Below, in pieces: positions 1 to 13,700 of a DNA stretch of 64,000 bases; the first letter of the stretch is position 1; each line of letters starts with the position of its first letter. The notes below the pieces were generated by a model that saw only the letters and a list, made by a program, of their open reading frames with translations, did not search any database and was not told the origin of the DNA. Where the stretch lies: NCBI GenBank assembly GCA_964106645.2, contig OZ067052.1, one strand, 5' to 3'. A program made the translations under genes and the position numbers. Origin of the DNA: Podarcis pityusensis. Lineage: Eukaryota.

Positions 1-35
1 AAACTTAACCACGGTGTCCGGGAAGTGTGATGCAG
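1..35 (+). CDS. Exon 1 (5'-partial), Cys-repeat
   Basis: [11 protein letters not shown](G); donor gtgagg, phase 1; continues as GWFC in exon 2. Confidence 0.8.
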
Positions 36-3000
36 GTGAGGCTGGAGGAATCTGAGCAGAAACACATCTCTGTCTACCTGACATTTCAAAACTGAAATGG
101 GTCCACCTCCTAACTCTGAAGGAATCGAAGGGAGGGAAGGAACCGAGGGAGAGGAAGGAGATGAAACCAAAGGACATGCATTGAATTCAGTTCAGCTACA
201 CGTACTTTGATTTTGTTTTAGTGGGATAGAAGGGCTTAGTGGGTTGTGATAAAGCAGGAATGTGAAGGTAGCCCTCTGGATATTTGTTTGACTACAACTC
301 CCATCATTCCTGCAGCTGCAGCTGATGGGAGTTGGAGTCCAACAATGTCTGAAAAGTACCAGATTCCCCATCTCTGTGCAAATAAACATAATTAACAGAA
401 AGGGGTGGGTGAGGTGATATTTAAAGGGAGGGTAGGAGGTGGGATCACAAGAAGCTATAGAATCATAGATGTCTGTTTAACATACCGGTACTTTGAGGAT
501 ATTCACTCAAAACACCAACAACCCCCTAAATCATGGGTTGGCCCAATTGCCTTCTATATCCGGCCCGCGGAAGATTCGGGAATCAGTGTGTTTTTACATG
601 ATTAGAATGTGTCCTTTTATTCAAAATGCATCTCTGGGTTATTTGTGGGGCCTGCCTGGTGTTTTTATAGGAGTAGAATGTGTGTGTTTATTTAAAATAC
701 ATCTCTGGGTTATTTGTGGGGCATAGGAATTCGTTCATTTTTTTCCTCTTCAAAATATAGTACGGCCCCCCACAAGGTCTGAGGGACAGTGGACCGGCCC
801 CCTGCTGAAAAAGTTTGCTGACCCCTGCTCTAAATGTTTTCAGGCCCATTTTGTTAGGCGAAAACAGAGATAAAGGCATAGTGCTGACAACACTGTTCTG
901 TCTTACACCACACAGCCCACTGCTGCTGAAGAGAGGCAGTGTGGTGTAGTGGTTCCAACATCCTGCTAAGATGTATGAGACCTAGGCTTAAATCACTACT
1001 AAGCCGCAAAGCTTGCTGGGCAACCATGGGCCAATCACACACTCTTGACCTGTCCTACCTCACGGGGTTGTTGTAATAAATAAATATTAACTCCTCTTGC
1101 TGCTCCTCCAATATATATTTCTTTCTACTTCTCACAAATTCCATTTGTTTGTTTTGCTCTCTTAGGTTGGTTCTGCATTTCAGCTGCCTGGACCCCCCAG
1201 CCCTTTGACCTGGATAACTACACCAATGGCAACTGCCTTTGCCCAGCCACTGCGACAGGAGCAAAGTGTTCCCCTGGGTCCTACTGTCCAGAAGGCAGTC
1301 CTGAGCCCATTCTCTGCCCTCCAGGCTTTTATTGCAATGCACCTGGTAAGGGGAACCCTTTGCCCATTTTGCCTGAATGGTGTCTAAGTAGTGAGAGGGA
1401 AGGTGGCTTGCTGCAGGTGGCTTTCCTGTGTGCGGTTTACTATCCTAAAACAATCAATTCCTTTTGGGTACAGGGACATAGGAAGCTGCCTTATATCAAG
1501 AGGCCATTGGTCCATTTAGCTCAGTGTTGCCTTTAGTGGATATTAATATTGTGCAGCTGGAAGCAACTGGATGCATAAAAACTGACTCTTTTTGGAAAGC
1601 GTGTTCTCCTTCACGGAGAGCACGTGTTGCGGTGGGGGCCGCCAGGACACTCCAAAGTTGGGGGCGGGCTAATTGATCGTTGGCCACTGATGTGATTGGG
1701 GCTTCCCTTGTTGTTGGGAAGAAGTTAATGTTGCCATTTGTTGATTGAAAGCCAGAAATGCTAAAACTCCTTGCACGAGGCTAGGGCTTCCTCTTTTTGC
1801 CCGTGCATCAGATTGCCCATCCCTCCCTCCCTAGAATTAGGGTTGTTTGCTTTGACCTTGCTATGTCTGTCATGGGGTCGTCTGCTTTGGGGCAGGGGCC
1901 CGGTAGAAATTTTGTCCATCTGGCTGATTGGCTGGGGCCATTTGGTTTTTGCCTACTGCGTAGCAAATTGTCACAACTTGTAAGGTTGCAGTTAGGCATT
2001 GGTTTATGGTTTGGTTGGTTGAGGGGCATGGATTGGCTGTGCCTGCCCCTCTAATGCTGCTGCTGCAAGGGATTCCGTTAAAGGAATCAGGGGCTAACTA
2101 TTGCTTGTCCACCCTGTCAAGGGGGCTCGGGCCATAGCAATGAGCTCCTGGTTGCATTTGGGGAGGGCTGAGGGCACGTTCCCTGCTCCTTCGCTACCCC
2201 CAAGTGTATTCCCCTTTTCTGACTTTCCCATCGTGCGGAATGTCAGTCTGTCCCCCTTGGTGGGGGCAGATAGTCGCAACTAATGCCTAAGCAACCACTC
2301 ACATTTTTGTATTTTAATAAAGTTGTGGCCAAAATTATGCCAAAAACCTTAAACAAAAAAATCTGTGTGATGTGTGAGTTATTGGGGTGGCCCTGTGGAC
2401 CTCAACACGCAATGAAAATTGCCTAGACCCATAAATGATTCAAAAACTTTACTTGCAGAACTTTCTTCAAAAGCAGGTACAAAAATAAACAATGATACGT
2501 CCAAATAACTCCATATAATATATTGTGCAAGTCCAGCACATATCCATCTTCTTAGAAATAAAAGATAATTCCAAACATACCTATAAGCAAAAGTGTCTCT
2601 CCTTTCTAGAAAACTGGAAGACTAGGGTTGAAATCCCCACTCGACCATGACATTTCACTGAGTGACCTAGGGCTGTTCATTGCCTCTCAGGCTAACAGGG
2701 TGGACATGAGGATAAAATTGGGAAAGGGGAAAGGATATAAGTGAGTTTGAGCTCCTTTGAAGAAATATAGGGTACATATGTAAATGCTCTTATTAATAAT
2801 AATAATAATAATACAAATAATAAATAACCTTTTACTATTAGCTTCTCTTGAATTATTAGCATATGTTAAAACTGTACCTCTGCTCATGTTCCCATTCTTC
2901 TTTATCAGGTCTGTCTGCTCCAAGTGGGGAATGCGCTGCTGGATTTTATTGTACAGGTGGAGCCTCTTCTCCCAAGCCACTGGATGAAGTTACAGGCAAC

Positions 3001-5011
3001 ATCTGCCCTCAAGGCACCTACTGCCGTGCGTATCTCTTGTCTAGAGACAGAAAATTGGGTGGGAAGCAAAGCAGAACTGAAGTGGTTGGGACCCTGAGCA
3101 GAAAAATAACATGCTGCAATTAAAATATTGCAGCTCTTGTTCATCCAAATAATTCCATACACTAGGGCAATTTGAAAGAAGGGATTGTCATAAATGTAAT
3201 AGATAAATACGTTACCATGTGTTAATTTTTTTTATTTAAAAAATAGCCTGAAAATACAGTGGTACCTCAGGTTAAGAACTTAATTTGTTCTGGAGGTCTG
3301 TTCTTAACCTGAAACAGTTCTTAACCTGAAGCACCACTTTAGCTAATGGGGCCTCCTGCTGCCGCTATGCCACCGCCACACAATTTCTGTTCTCATCCTG
3401 AAGCAATGTTCTTAACCCGAGGTACTATTTCTGGGTTAGTGGAGTCTGTAACCTGAAGCGTCTGTAACCCGAGGTACCACTGTAATGTGAAAATCTGGAA
3501 AGAGGTGCTTGAGATACGGAGAGTGCTTGTGTTAATTGTTTACAGGGCCAATCCTGGCAATTAGGCGGAGTGAGGCAACTACTTCAGGTAGCAGATGCTG
3601 AGTGAGGGGCAGCAAAATGGGGCCCGATGTTCCTCCTGAACTCCCTCCCTACCGCCGCCCCACCATTTCCCTTTGTTTCCACATGGCCTTTCCTGCCCTT
3701 CTCCAAAGTGCCCTGCTGCCTCAGGGATGTGTGTGAAAGGGAGGATGCTATCCCATCACCAGTGTCAAAGTCTGCTTCTGTATTTGGAACAGAAAGGAGG
3801 TGCCATCTTGCCTCTCGTCTCCAATAAGGTTTCTTGGACTGGACCACACTGTGGTCTCTTTTCTTCTCTCGTCTTTGCTCACTCTCTCCCTCTTCCATTG
3901 TTTCTTCTTGCAGCTGTGGGGTCTTCAGCACCCACCCTCTGCCCGACTGGCACCTTCTCCAATCAGCTAGGGCAAAGTATGCTTTCAGAGTGCCAGCTCT
4001 GTCCCTCTGGGTTTTACTGTGAAGGATCTGGACTGAAGGCCCCCACCGGAGAATGCTGGGAAGGTAAAACACAGTGGCCAAAGTGGATCAGGGATGAGCT
4101 GTGATAATAGTGAAGAACTCTTAGAAATCAGCACAGGAGAACCTTCTGGAGCAGTTGTTGTTGAGCTTGAAATGGCTGGGTGGGGAGGCGGAGTCTGGCA
4201 GATAGCTAGGAATGGAAGGAGGTAGTGATTTCCATCTGGAATTGGCATTTCAAAGGAAAGGAAACATCATAAGCAATGCAGAAAATAGTGTGACTGTTTA
4301 TGTGAAGTTCACAGACTTAAAAGAAATAGTGATAGCAACATAACAGCTCTCATTTGCTTGCCTGATCTCTATTCCTGACCTTGGGTGAACATGAGACTTG
4401 TGGCAATTTCTGCTTCCTTTTTCAAGGGAGTTTTCCAACAACCCTATAGCCTATGTGATATAGCTGGCAAAGTTCACCCAGTGAAAACTATGCATGCACA
4501 GCTGGCATACCAAAGCCAGTAAAAATGGTGGGTTGTAACCAACACTGATCCTACTCAGTGTAGGCCCACTGAAAATAATGGACATTATTAACTCGGGTCC
4601 ATTAATTTCAGTAGTTCTGCTTTGAGTAGTTTCATGATGCCATTTAGAGGAAAGGAAATTATGTTGTTTCTAGACTGAATACGAAGAAAAGCAACATGTT
4701 TTCCTTTAGTGCAAGCATCCTAATAAAAAAAAAATGGGGGCCTTTTTCACTAGTAATTGATTTTATGTTCTAATTATTGAATTTTATTACCATCCCATTG
4801 CCCACCTAAGTTCTGTTCCCAAGAATTCAAACGGGGTGCTCACATATTAAAGGACTCTAATTTAAGTTATCATCCCACCATATTTTTTATTTTATTATTT
4901 TTTGGCTGCATAACTTGTCCTATTCAGAGTTGACCCATTGATTTTATTGCAAATGACTTCAATTTACTAATCTTAGTGGTTCTACACTAAGTAGAATTTA
5001 GCTGAACGCAA

Positions 5012-5050
<39 letters not shown>

Positions 5051-8000
5051 CCAATCTTTCCTGTGTATGGGTGTCGGAGAATCCCAACAAAAATGGAAAA
5101 GAAAGCAGAAATTGCTGCAAATCTCATGTTATTTTATGTTCAGGAATTGAAATTTGTCAAGCAAATATAATTAGTATTCATTTCCATTGTTTTTGGGACG
5201 TGTGTGTTAAGTCTACAAACCATAAATGTTGTGGATTTTTTTGCATTGCTTTGATTTTTTATTTTTTGCACTGAAATGAATGTAAGTTACATAACTCATA
5301 TAAAGTCTTACATAAGTTACTTTAAATAGCGGGCAGTGAGACAAATAACCTAGCATTAGGCACAAACTGCATTGCAGCAGAATGGAAACAGTGCTGATTG
5401 TGATTAATACAGGTAGGAAAGGAAATAGCTGCATTCCTACATCCCTACCTGAGAGTCATCCAAAATCTCCATCTCTTACAGAGGAACTGGTATGTGATAT
5501 GCATCTTTATTTCCCCTTTAAGTTAAATCTAATGGCCATACCTTCTCCATTTTCTTCTATAGGCTATTACTGTGACAATCACCAGGGGCCTCTCAGTGAC
5601 TTCACTGTCTACCCTTGTCCACGTGGCTATTACTGCCCACCAGGCACACAGCAATCTACACAGTACAGCTGCCCTTCAGGGACATTTGGACCCAGACAGA
5701 GGCTAAAGAAGATCCAGGAATGTCAAAACTGCCCACCAGGGAAATTTTGCTCATCTGCTGGGCTAGCAGCTCCAACAGGTAAGTCGTATCTCCAGAGTGG
5801 ACCTCCTGACCTAGGGAGAGAAAGAAAAACCACCTCTTTAGTCAACAATGAATTAAGGTAGCAGCTATGAAAAATGTTTTAGGGAGCAAATGCTAAACCA
5901 GAGATGGGGAACTGGTGATGCTTCCAGTGTTGTTGGACTACGACTACCACCAACCCGTCTATTGGCCACGGTAGCTGGGCCTGATGGGAGTTGGAGTCCA
6001 ACAACATTTGGAAGGCAGCACGTTGGCTACCTCTGCTTGGTGTATTTAAATCAGAGGCAAGTCCCATGGTGTTCAAGGGAGCTTAAATCCAGGTTAAGCC
6101 AAAGGATTCTTTGGCCAAAGGATTCTAAGCCAAAGGATTCTTCAAAGGATTGAAGAATGAGAGTTTGATTTGGTTTACTTTTAACATATGAACAAGATAT
6201 TTATTTGAAATGGATTCAACGTAGATTTGGAACAATTTTCCTAGTCATATCAGCAATGCCTTGAAGCATTTTGATTTCTAGTCAGCTGAGGATCATTAAC
6301 AGCTATGAAGCAGATTTGCAGTTGAGCAGAATTGACTTCTGATTCAGCAGGGGCTCAAATTGCTTGTTTGGGAATCTGTACTTTTATCTATTTATAGAAT
6401 TATTGTTCCTTTTTCTTCTTTTTCTTTTCTTATTTTGGGGACATTCTTACCATTCAGAAATATACTTCGTGGTATGCGTATAGACTTTCATTTATTTTCT
6501 ACTGCTTTTTGCGATGGTCTGTTAATATAGTTCATTTATACTATATCTTCCTTTGCTATTTCCATAATATCCTACTTAGTTATTGTGCTAATACCCCTCT
6601 TGCCACTTAACCTACCTGCTAGGCTGCATTCCTCTACAGGGTGATTCAATGTGGGAGCCTGAGGCAAAAGTCAGTTACTTCCCTACCTTGCTTTTTTACT
6701 GAAGTGAGTCATACATTTGAGGGATAGCCCTTTATCTTCCTCTTTGAACATTTGAAGGGTCAAAGGTAGAGCAGAAGGTCCTAGGTTCATTTTTCAGCAT
6801 CTTCATATAGCAGTAGGATCTCCATCCCCCCATCTGAAATCCTGGAGAGCCAATGCCACAGTACTGAACTAGATGGACCAATTGTCTGCCTCTGTATAAG
6901 GCAGCTTCGTGAGAGTTGTGCCCAAGTGTCTTTTTCAGCTGGAACTCACCGGAACTCAGTTCTGGTGCCTCTCAGGTGGATGCCATTGCAATTATAAATG
7001 AGGTGTTCATATTGAGTTCTGGCATCTCCTTCTCTAGAAAAATAACACTGGTTGTGCTCCATGTTGGTCCTACTCAAAGTAGACCCATTAAAATAAATGA
7101 GCATGCCTAAATTACAGACATTAATTTCAGTGGGTCTACTCTGAGGAAGATTTAATTGGATATAAACCTAACTTCCTATCTTGAGCATTGGTTGGGTAGA
7201 TTCTCAGGGAATGCCAACAGCTAATTACAGTCATACCTTGGGTTGCGAACGTGATCCGTGCGGGAGGCACGTTTGCAACCCACAGCGCCGTGTCTGCACA
7301 TGCACGTGACATGATTCTGTACTTCTGCGCATGCACGTGACATCATTTTGTGCTTCTGCACATGCGCGAGTGCTGAAACCCGGAAGTAACCCGTTCCGGT
7401 ACTTCCGGGTTCGGTGTGGTCCGCAACCCGAAAATGTGCAACCTGCAGTGTTCATAACCTGAGGTATGACTGTACTGCACTTCATTTGAGTAACAGCAAA
7501 ACTCTGATTTATACTCATGAAGCACGCACACAAAATAAAAATCTGGGATAGGTTCCCTGTCTTGATGTTGGACTTCAAGCCAGTAAAGAGCATATAATCC
7601 CCTTTCCCTGTTTTAGGCGATTGCTCTGCAGGATTTTGGTGCAAGGAAGGTGCTCGGATTCCGAACCCAACTGACGGAGTGTCTGGACTTCCCTGCCCGC
7701 GTGGACATTACTGCCTCTCAGGTACTAACCGCTTTTGTCATGGTTGTATTCCTTTGTATGCCCCTTAAGAGCCTTCTTGCTGTTTTTGACTCCCTTGTTT
7801 CAGTGCCCAAAGGGGGATTCTCTCATCTGTGTGTCCTTCCAGGAACTCTTGTTCCATCTGCCTGCCCACGTGGAACCTGGTCGGGTGAGGAAGGGAATCA
7901 AAACCTCCAGAGTTGTCAGGCTTGCCCTGGGGGGCATTATTGCAATGGCACAGGCCTCGTGGCCCCTTCGGGACGATGTGCAGTGGGGTATGTACAAAAT

Positions 8001-10702
8001 ACAAGCTCACTTTCCATGAGATTTACTGCAAATATATCAGCAAATTCCAGCTACAAATACAAATTGCACTGCCAGATTCCACCTTCCAATTTGATGTCAG
8101 GATAGTCAATAGACTACAGGTTTCTGATCAGGCATCAACCATGTTTATAGCTCAGTGGTTCCCAAAATTTGACAAACCACCGCCCCCTTGGTTCCAGAAA
8201 CTCATCATCCCCAGTGCCCCTGACCCTATATAAAAAGCATTATTCAGAATAGCAGTTTGCACAAACACTAAGAATGATAATAACACAAAAAAAATTAAAA
8301 ACAGTAATGATTAATTGCACATTTATTTAAAAAACAATTAGTTTAATTAATTCAACTAAAATGATAGCCATTTACACCTCCAGGGCCCCCCTGCTGCCCC
8401 ATGCCTCTAGGTGATCCCATTTCTCCACCTCTCCATCTCTCCCCCCACCCCCACCCCACTCTTTTACTCTCTTGGCCCTCTTTATATACATTCTCTTGCT
8501 CTGCTCTCTTCCAGTTCCAAGTTCTCAATCATTCTTTTGCCCTAGGCCAGGAAAGAGTTTTCCATTCGCCCTGTGCGAGGCTACTGCTGCTGCTGCCGCC
8601 GCCTCCTACCCATCCAAGCCTGGCTCTACCATTAGACAAAGTGAGCTGGCTACTCTAGGCAGCAGACTGAATAAGTTTAGACATTCCTTTTTCTGGTCTC
8701 CACTCCAGATCAGTCATGGATGTTTTGCAAAAGCCAGCCACCACTTGTTGCTGCAGTCAGAGGACAGATTCACCCAGTGGATTGTTTCCTGTGGTCTGGT
8801 TCCTTGCTTTTTTGAACTCTGGCAATGATCTCATCCTTCTTCATTATTAATAAAATGACTTTTCTCTTGCCCATTCTGGTAGGTTTTATTGTGTCACAGG
8901 GTCTATCACACCGACACCCACGGATGGGATCTCAGGTGCTCCCTGTCCCATGGGCCACTTCTGCCCCTTGGGCAGTGAGAGCCCCACACCTTGCCCACCT
9001 GGCTCCTACATGGCTGAAACACATGTGCAAGGATGGTGCCACACCTGCCCAGAGGGGAAGTATTGTCTCCCTGGCCACTTGCCACAGCTGTGTCCCAAAG
9101 GTGAGTCTTTGGCTTCCTCGATGCACAAAGCTGTCCTTGTGTCCTGGAGTTTGTAATCTATTTGTGCTTCCATTTTACAAGTGCATGTTTCTAGTCCCCA
9201 TGGGCATTAGATAATGAATTGTTTCCCCAAATTTCCCTTCCTGGTTTTGCTCTGTCCTGAATTCTGGTTTGATGAGCATTTACTGTCCCCAACCCTCATA
9301 CTGCAGAAAGCCATCTAATTACGGTAGATTTTAATTTGATCCTGACTTGTTTTTAGGAGGTAATTTAATTATTGTTTGATTTTATACCAGTGTATAAATA
9401 TATACATTTTATACCAATATATTTGATGTTAGCCGCCCTGAGCCTGGTTTCGGCTGGGGAGGGCGGGATACAAATAAAAGTATTATTATTATTATTAAAC
9501 TCTAAAATTAACTGGGAAACTAGAGTTTTTGGCCAGGGTCTGCAACTTCAGAGTTCCTCCAGTTCATCTGCATCTCCCTTCCCCTACTTTACTGACTCAC
9601 GTGTCATCAATGGTGAAACACTTAAATAAAAGTAATCTTGATGTGATTCTTCCCCCCCCCCCCAACAGTTTGCTGTTTGTCCTAACAGCTTTCAGTTTAC
9701 ACGGATGTCTCCTTCCCTTCCAGGCTTTTTCTGCCCTGAAGGAACAGGCTTAAACTGGCAGCCGTGCCCCCCAGGGACCTACAGCCCTATCCAAGGGATA
9801 GGTAGTCATACCGACTGCAGAGCATGCGATGGAGGAAAGTTCTGCATGTACCACAATGCAACCGATGTTACAGGACACTGCTGGGAAGGGTATTACTGCA
9901 CCCAGGGTTCAGACCGGCCCAATCCTGAGGTTCAGCTCAATGGTATTGGCTCTTTCATTTGAATCAATGTGATCAGTGTGGAATTGGCATGGTTACAGGT
10001 GCTGCATAATAACCATTCCACATGTGCAAGAAATAAATCTGTTAGTGTGGTAGCACCTACATATTGACACCAGACAGGCACTTTCAGACGAGTCTACCCA
10101 GATGTTTAGCATGATGTTGTTTTTAATCTAATGTTGTTAATCTTTATTTGTTTTTACTAATAATATTGTTATTTTATTCTTTTTGTAAACTGCTGTTTTT
10201 TTAAAAAATAAGCAGTATATAAAATTTTATGGAATAAAATTATTATTATTTGTACTTTTCCAAGCTCTAGTACAGTGGATCAGAGGGTTGGGTTGTTCTG
10301 TTAGTTTAAAATAACCTCACCTTAACGTTCACTTCTTCTTCTTCTTATGTACTCGTATGTTATTGGCACTATTCTTACCACCTAATTTATTTCCCCCTTG
10401 TTGATCACAGATCACAGTGCTGGCCCATGTCCTTCTGGTCACTACTGTCCAAGGGGCACAGCTGTTCCCAAGCAGTGCCCTGTGGGAACATTTGCCGCTA
10501 GCACCAAACTAATATCTGAGGTAAAAGCAAAAATACACTTATAGCTATCCTTTGTAGGAATTGGATATCCTTTGTATATACTGGCTATAAATTCACTGAT
10601 CCTTAACAAACCCCATACAATTAATAGTGGTTAAATGGAGGTTGTGCTCTGAATTATAATCACAAAAGCATTGTTATTCCATTTTAAGAGTCGACACATG
10701 CT

Positions 10703-10733
<31 letters not shown>

Positions 10734-13700
10734 GTATGTGCATGAGTTTGTGTGTGCATGTGTGTGCACGCGTGCACACACCCTTTTATTGTACTTAGTA
10801 GTTAAACAAATTCACTTTGCAGGCATAAGAGAGGAAACCTTTTTCATGGTGGCCCCAGAACATAGAAGTCTCTCCCTTCAGATGCATCCTCAAAGCCACT
10901 GCGGATTATTAAGTGGGCCTTAAAACCCATCTTTCCCTGATGACTGTGTCCTAAGAACTAATGTAGAAAAGATAATCCTCTTAGCAGTTGCAATTCGTAC
11001 CTAGGGGCAGGACATTTCTTTTTTTAAGTTTTAACTAATCTATCTTTTTAAAACAGTTGTTAACACTTCTACTATTGTCAGTTTATGATACTGGTAAGAT
11101 CCCTTTGGTGGGCTATGCCCACAAAAGCAGCCTATAAGTAATTTTTATAAAAACATAGGTAAAGGTAAAGGGACCCCTGACCATTAGGTCCAGTCGTGGC
11201 CGACTCTGGGGTTGCGGCGCTCATCTCGCTTTATTGGCCAAGGAAGCCGGCGTACAGCTTCCGGGTCATGTGGCCAGCATGACAAAGCCGCTTCTGGTGA
11301 ACCAGAACAGCACACGGAAATGCTGTTTACATTCCTGCCAGAGCGGTACCTATTTATCTACTTGCACCCGGGGGTGCTTTCAAACTGCTAGGTTGGCAGG
11401 AGCAGGGACCGAGCAACGGGAGCTCACCCCATCGCGGGGATTTGAACCGCCGACCTTCTGATCGGCAAGTCCTAGGCTCTGTGGTTTAACCCACAGCGCC
11501 ACCCGCGTCCCTTAAAAACATAGACAGTGTTTAAATCAAGATTCATAATGCAGTGAATGCTTGAAAGCAAATTCCTGCTGTAACCATAGCCTGTTCCCTT
11601 CCACCTAAGATTCCATGTAGAGGGCATAGATCAGAGGTCATCAACATGGTGCCCATGGGTGTTAATGTAACCACAAATACCTCCCATATTGCCCGTGAAA
11701 GGCCTTGAAATATCCCCACAATGCAAAAGTGAATGCTTCCTCTTCTTGTTCAGTTCCAGTTTGCACTGGCTTGTAGCACTGAACATGTCCCATCAAACAT
11801 GCACACATTTCATTGAATACCCTAATATGATACCCACCCTCCTTTAGATTCTGAACAAAAGAAAGGTGCAAAGAGTCGCTCTTTCTGAGCAAGTACAGCA
11901 GTGGCAGGTGTAGGTGCCTTTTTTCATTGATGAGATAAATGCCCACCACACCTTTTGTGGCCCTGTCTGTCCCCCTTTCTACTATTTCAGAAGTGACAAC
12001 CATTTTGTGTTAAGCCATATACCCTGTGGCAGCTATTTTATGTAAGGCCACATCCCTAGGACCACTGGTTTGTGAGTCTCACCCACGTTCTCAAAATTCC
12101 AGGTGTGCCCTCAGACCCAATAAGGTAGGTCAGCTATGACTCTTGTATCTGAAAAGTATCTCTGGCCACCTTTATTTCTTGCAGACCGAGTGCTCTCCCT
12201 GCCTGCCAGGCCACTACTGCAACACTCCTGGTCTGACAGCACCGACAGGATTGTGTGAAGAAGGATACTACTGCATTCTGGGCTCCACAGTCCCCAACAT
12301 ACCAGCCATGGATGAGACTGGAGGCCCATGTCCCAGAGGTATTTCCACCACCCCTCCCCAATTCATGAAATTGATCAAACTGCCTGCCGCACTCCACAGA
12401 AAAGGTCCCAGGATTTGTCTTTAACATCTCCCAGTAAAGTTAGGAAATAATCCCTGCTTGAAACCCTGGAGAACTTCTGCCAGTCAGTTTTTAAAATACT
12501 GAGATGGATGGACCAGCAGCCTGATTCAATGTGAAGGAGCTCTCTATCTTCATAGAATCTTAGTACTTTGGAGTTGGAAGGTACCCCATCCCTCTGCATT
12601 GCAGGAATTGCAGCTAGGGGGTTATATATTGGAAGAGAATTCCCAGCATGCTGCTTGGTTCTCTCAGCCACCAAAGCCAGAGGTCTTCCAAAGCTTCAGG
12701 GATTTTGCCATCCTTTCAAACAATTGAACAAACTGATGGCATACAAGGCTATCATTGACTACTAGCCACAATGGCTTTACTCTACCTCCACTGGTGGAGG
12801 CATTCTGCCTCTAAATACATTTGCAGGTGAGCAAAGTGCTATTTTCCTGCTTGCAGTTTCCCACAGGCATCAGGTTGGCCACTGTGAGAACAGGATGCTG
12901 GACAAGATGGGCCATTGGTCTGATCCCAAAGGCCTTTTCTTATGTTCTTATGTGAGCTGTTTTTAGAGTTGCTGTTGATTTTAGGTTGCCTTGCTGTGCT
13001 CCCCCCCCCCCCGGCCTCAAAGGGGCATTCCTGATTTTACACTTTTGCTTCTTTTCCAGGGTATTTTTGCCCTCAGGGCACAGCCAATCCTTTGCCTTGT
13101 CCGGAAGGGTCGTATAATCCTTTACAGAGGCAAGCCACCTGCCTCCCCTGCCCTAGCGGGTAAGAAAGAGACCAATAATCATTCATCACCTGCAAAAACA
13201 GAAACAGTTTTAGCAACAGCAGGGGCCAAGGATGGGGCTAAGGGCAGCAACTGGCTGCAGCTCCAGTGGGCAGTTTAGTGAGAGGGATGCTAAAGCCCTC
13301 TGCCACCACTGAAGCCCATTAAAAGCAGCTGGTTTTTCAAAGTGTGGGGATCTTATCAGGTACCATCTCATCCAGCTGATCCCTTGGTGTACTAAGACTG
13401 AAGTGTTGGCTGCAGAAATTGAACTTCTCTTCCCATCCACCCCTTTTCTTTTCTGGATGCAGGTACTTCTGTCCCAAGAATTCCTCCTCTTTGGATGGGA
13501 ACAAATGTCCAGTTGGCCACTACTGTCCTATAGGCACTGTTTCAGAAACCCAGTTCCCATGTCCCCAAGGGACTTACAATGCAAACACAGGAAGCAGTGA
13601 TCCATCTGTCTGCATAGCATGTGATCCAGGTAGGTATCTCAGCTCAGAACATCCTGTTGTTGGGCCAGGAACCCATTCAATGAACTCCTATGAGAAGGGG

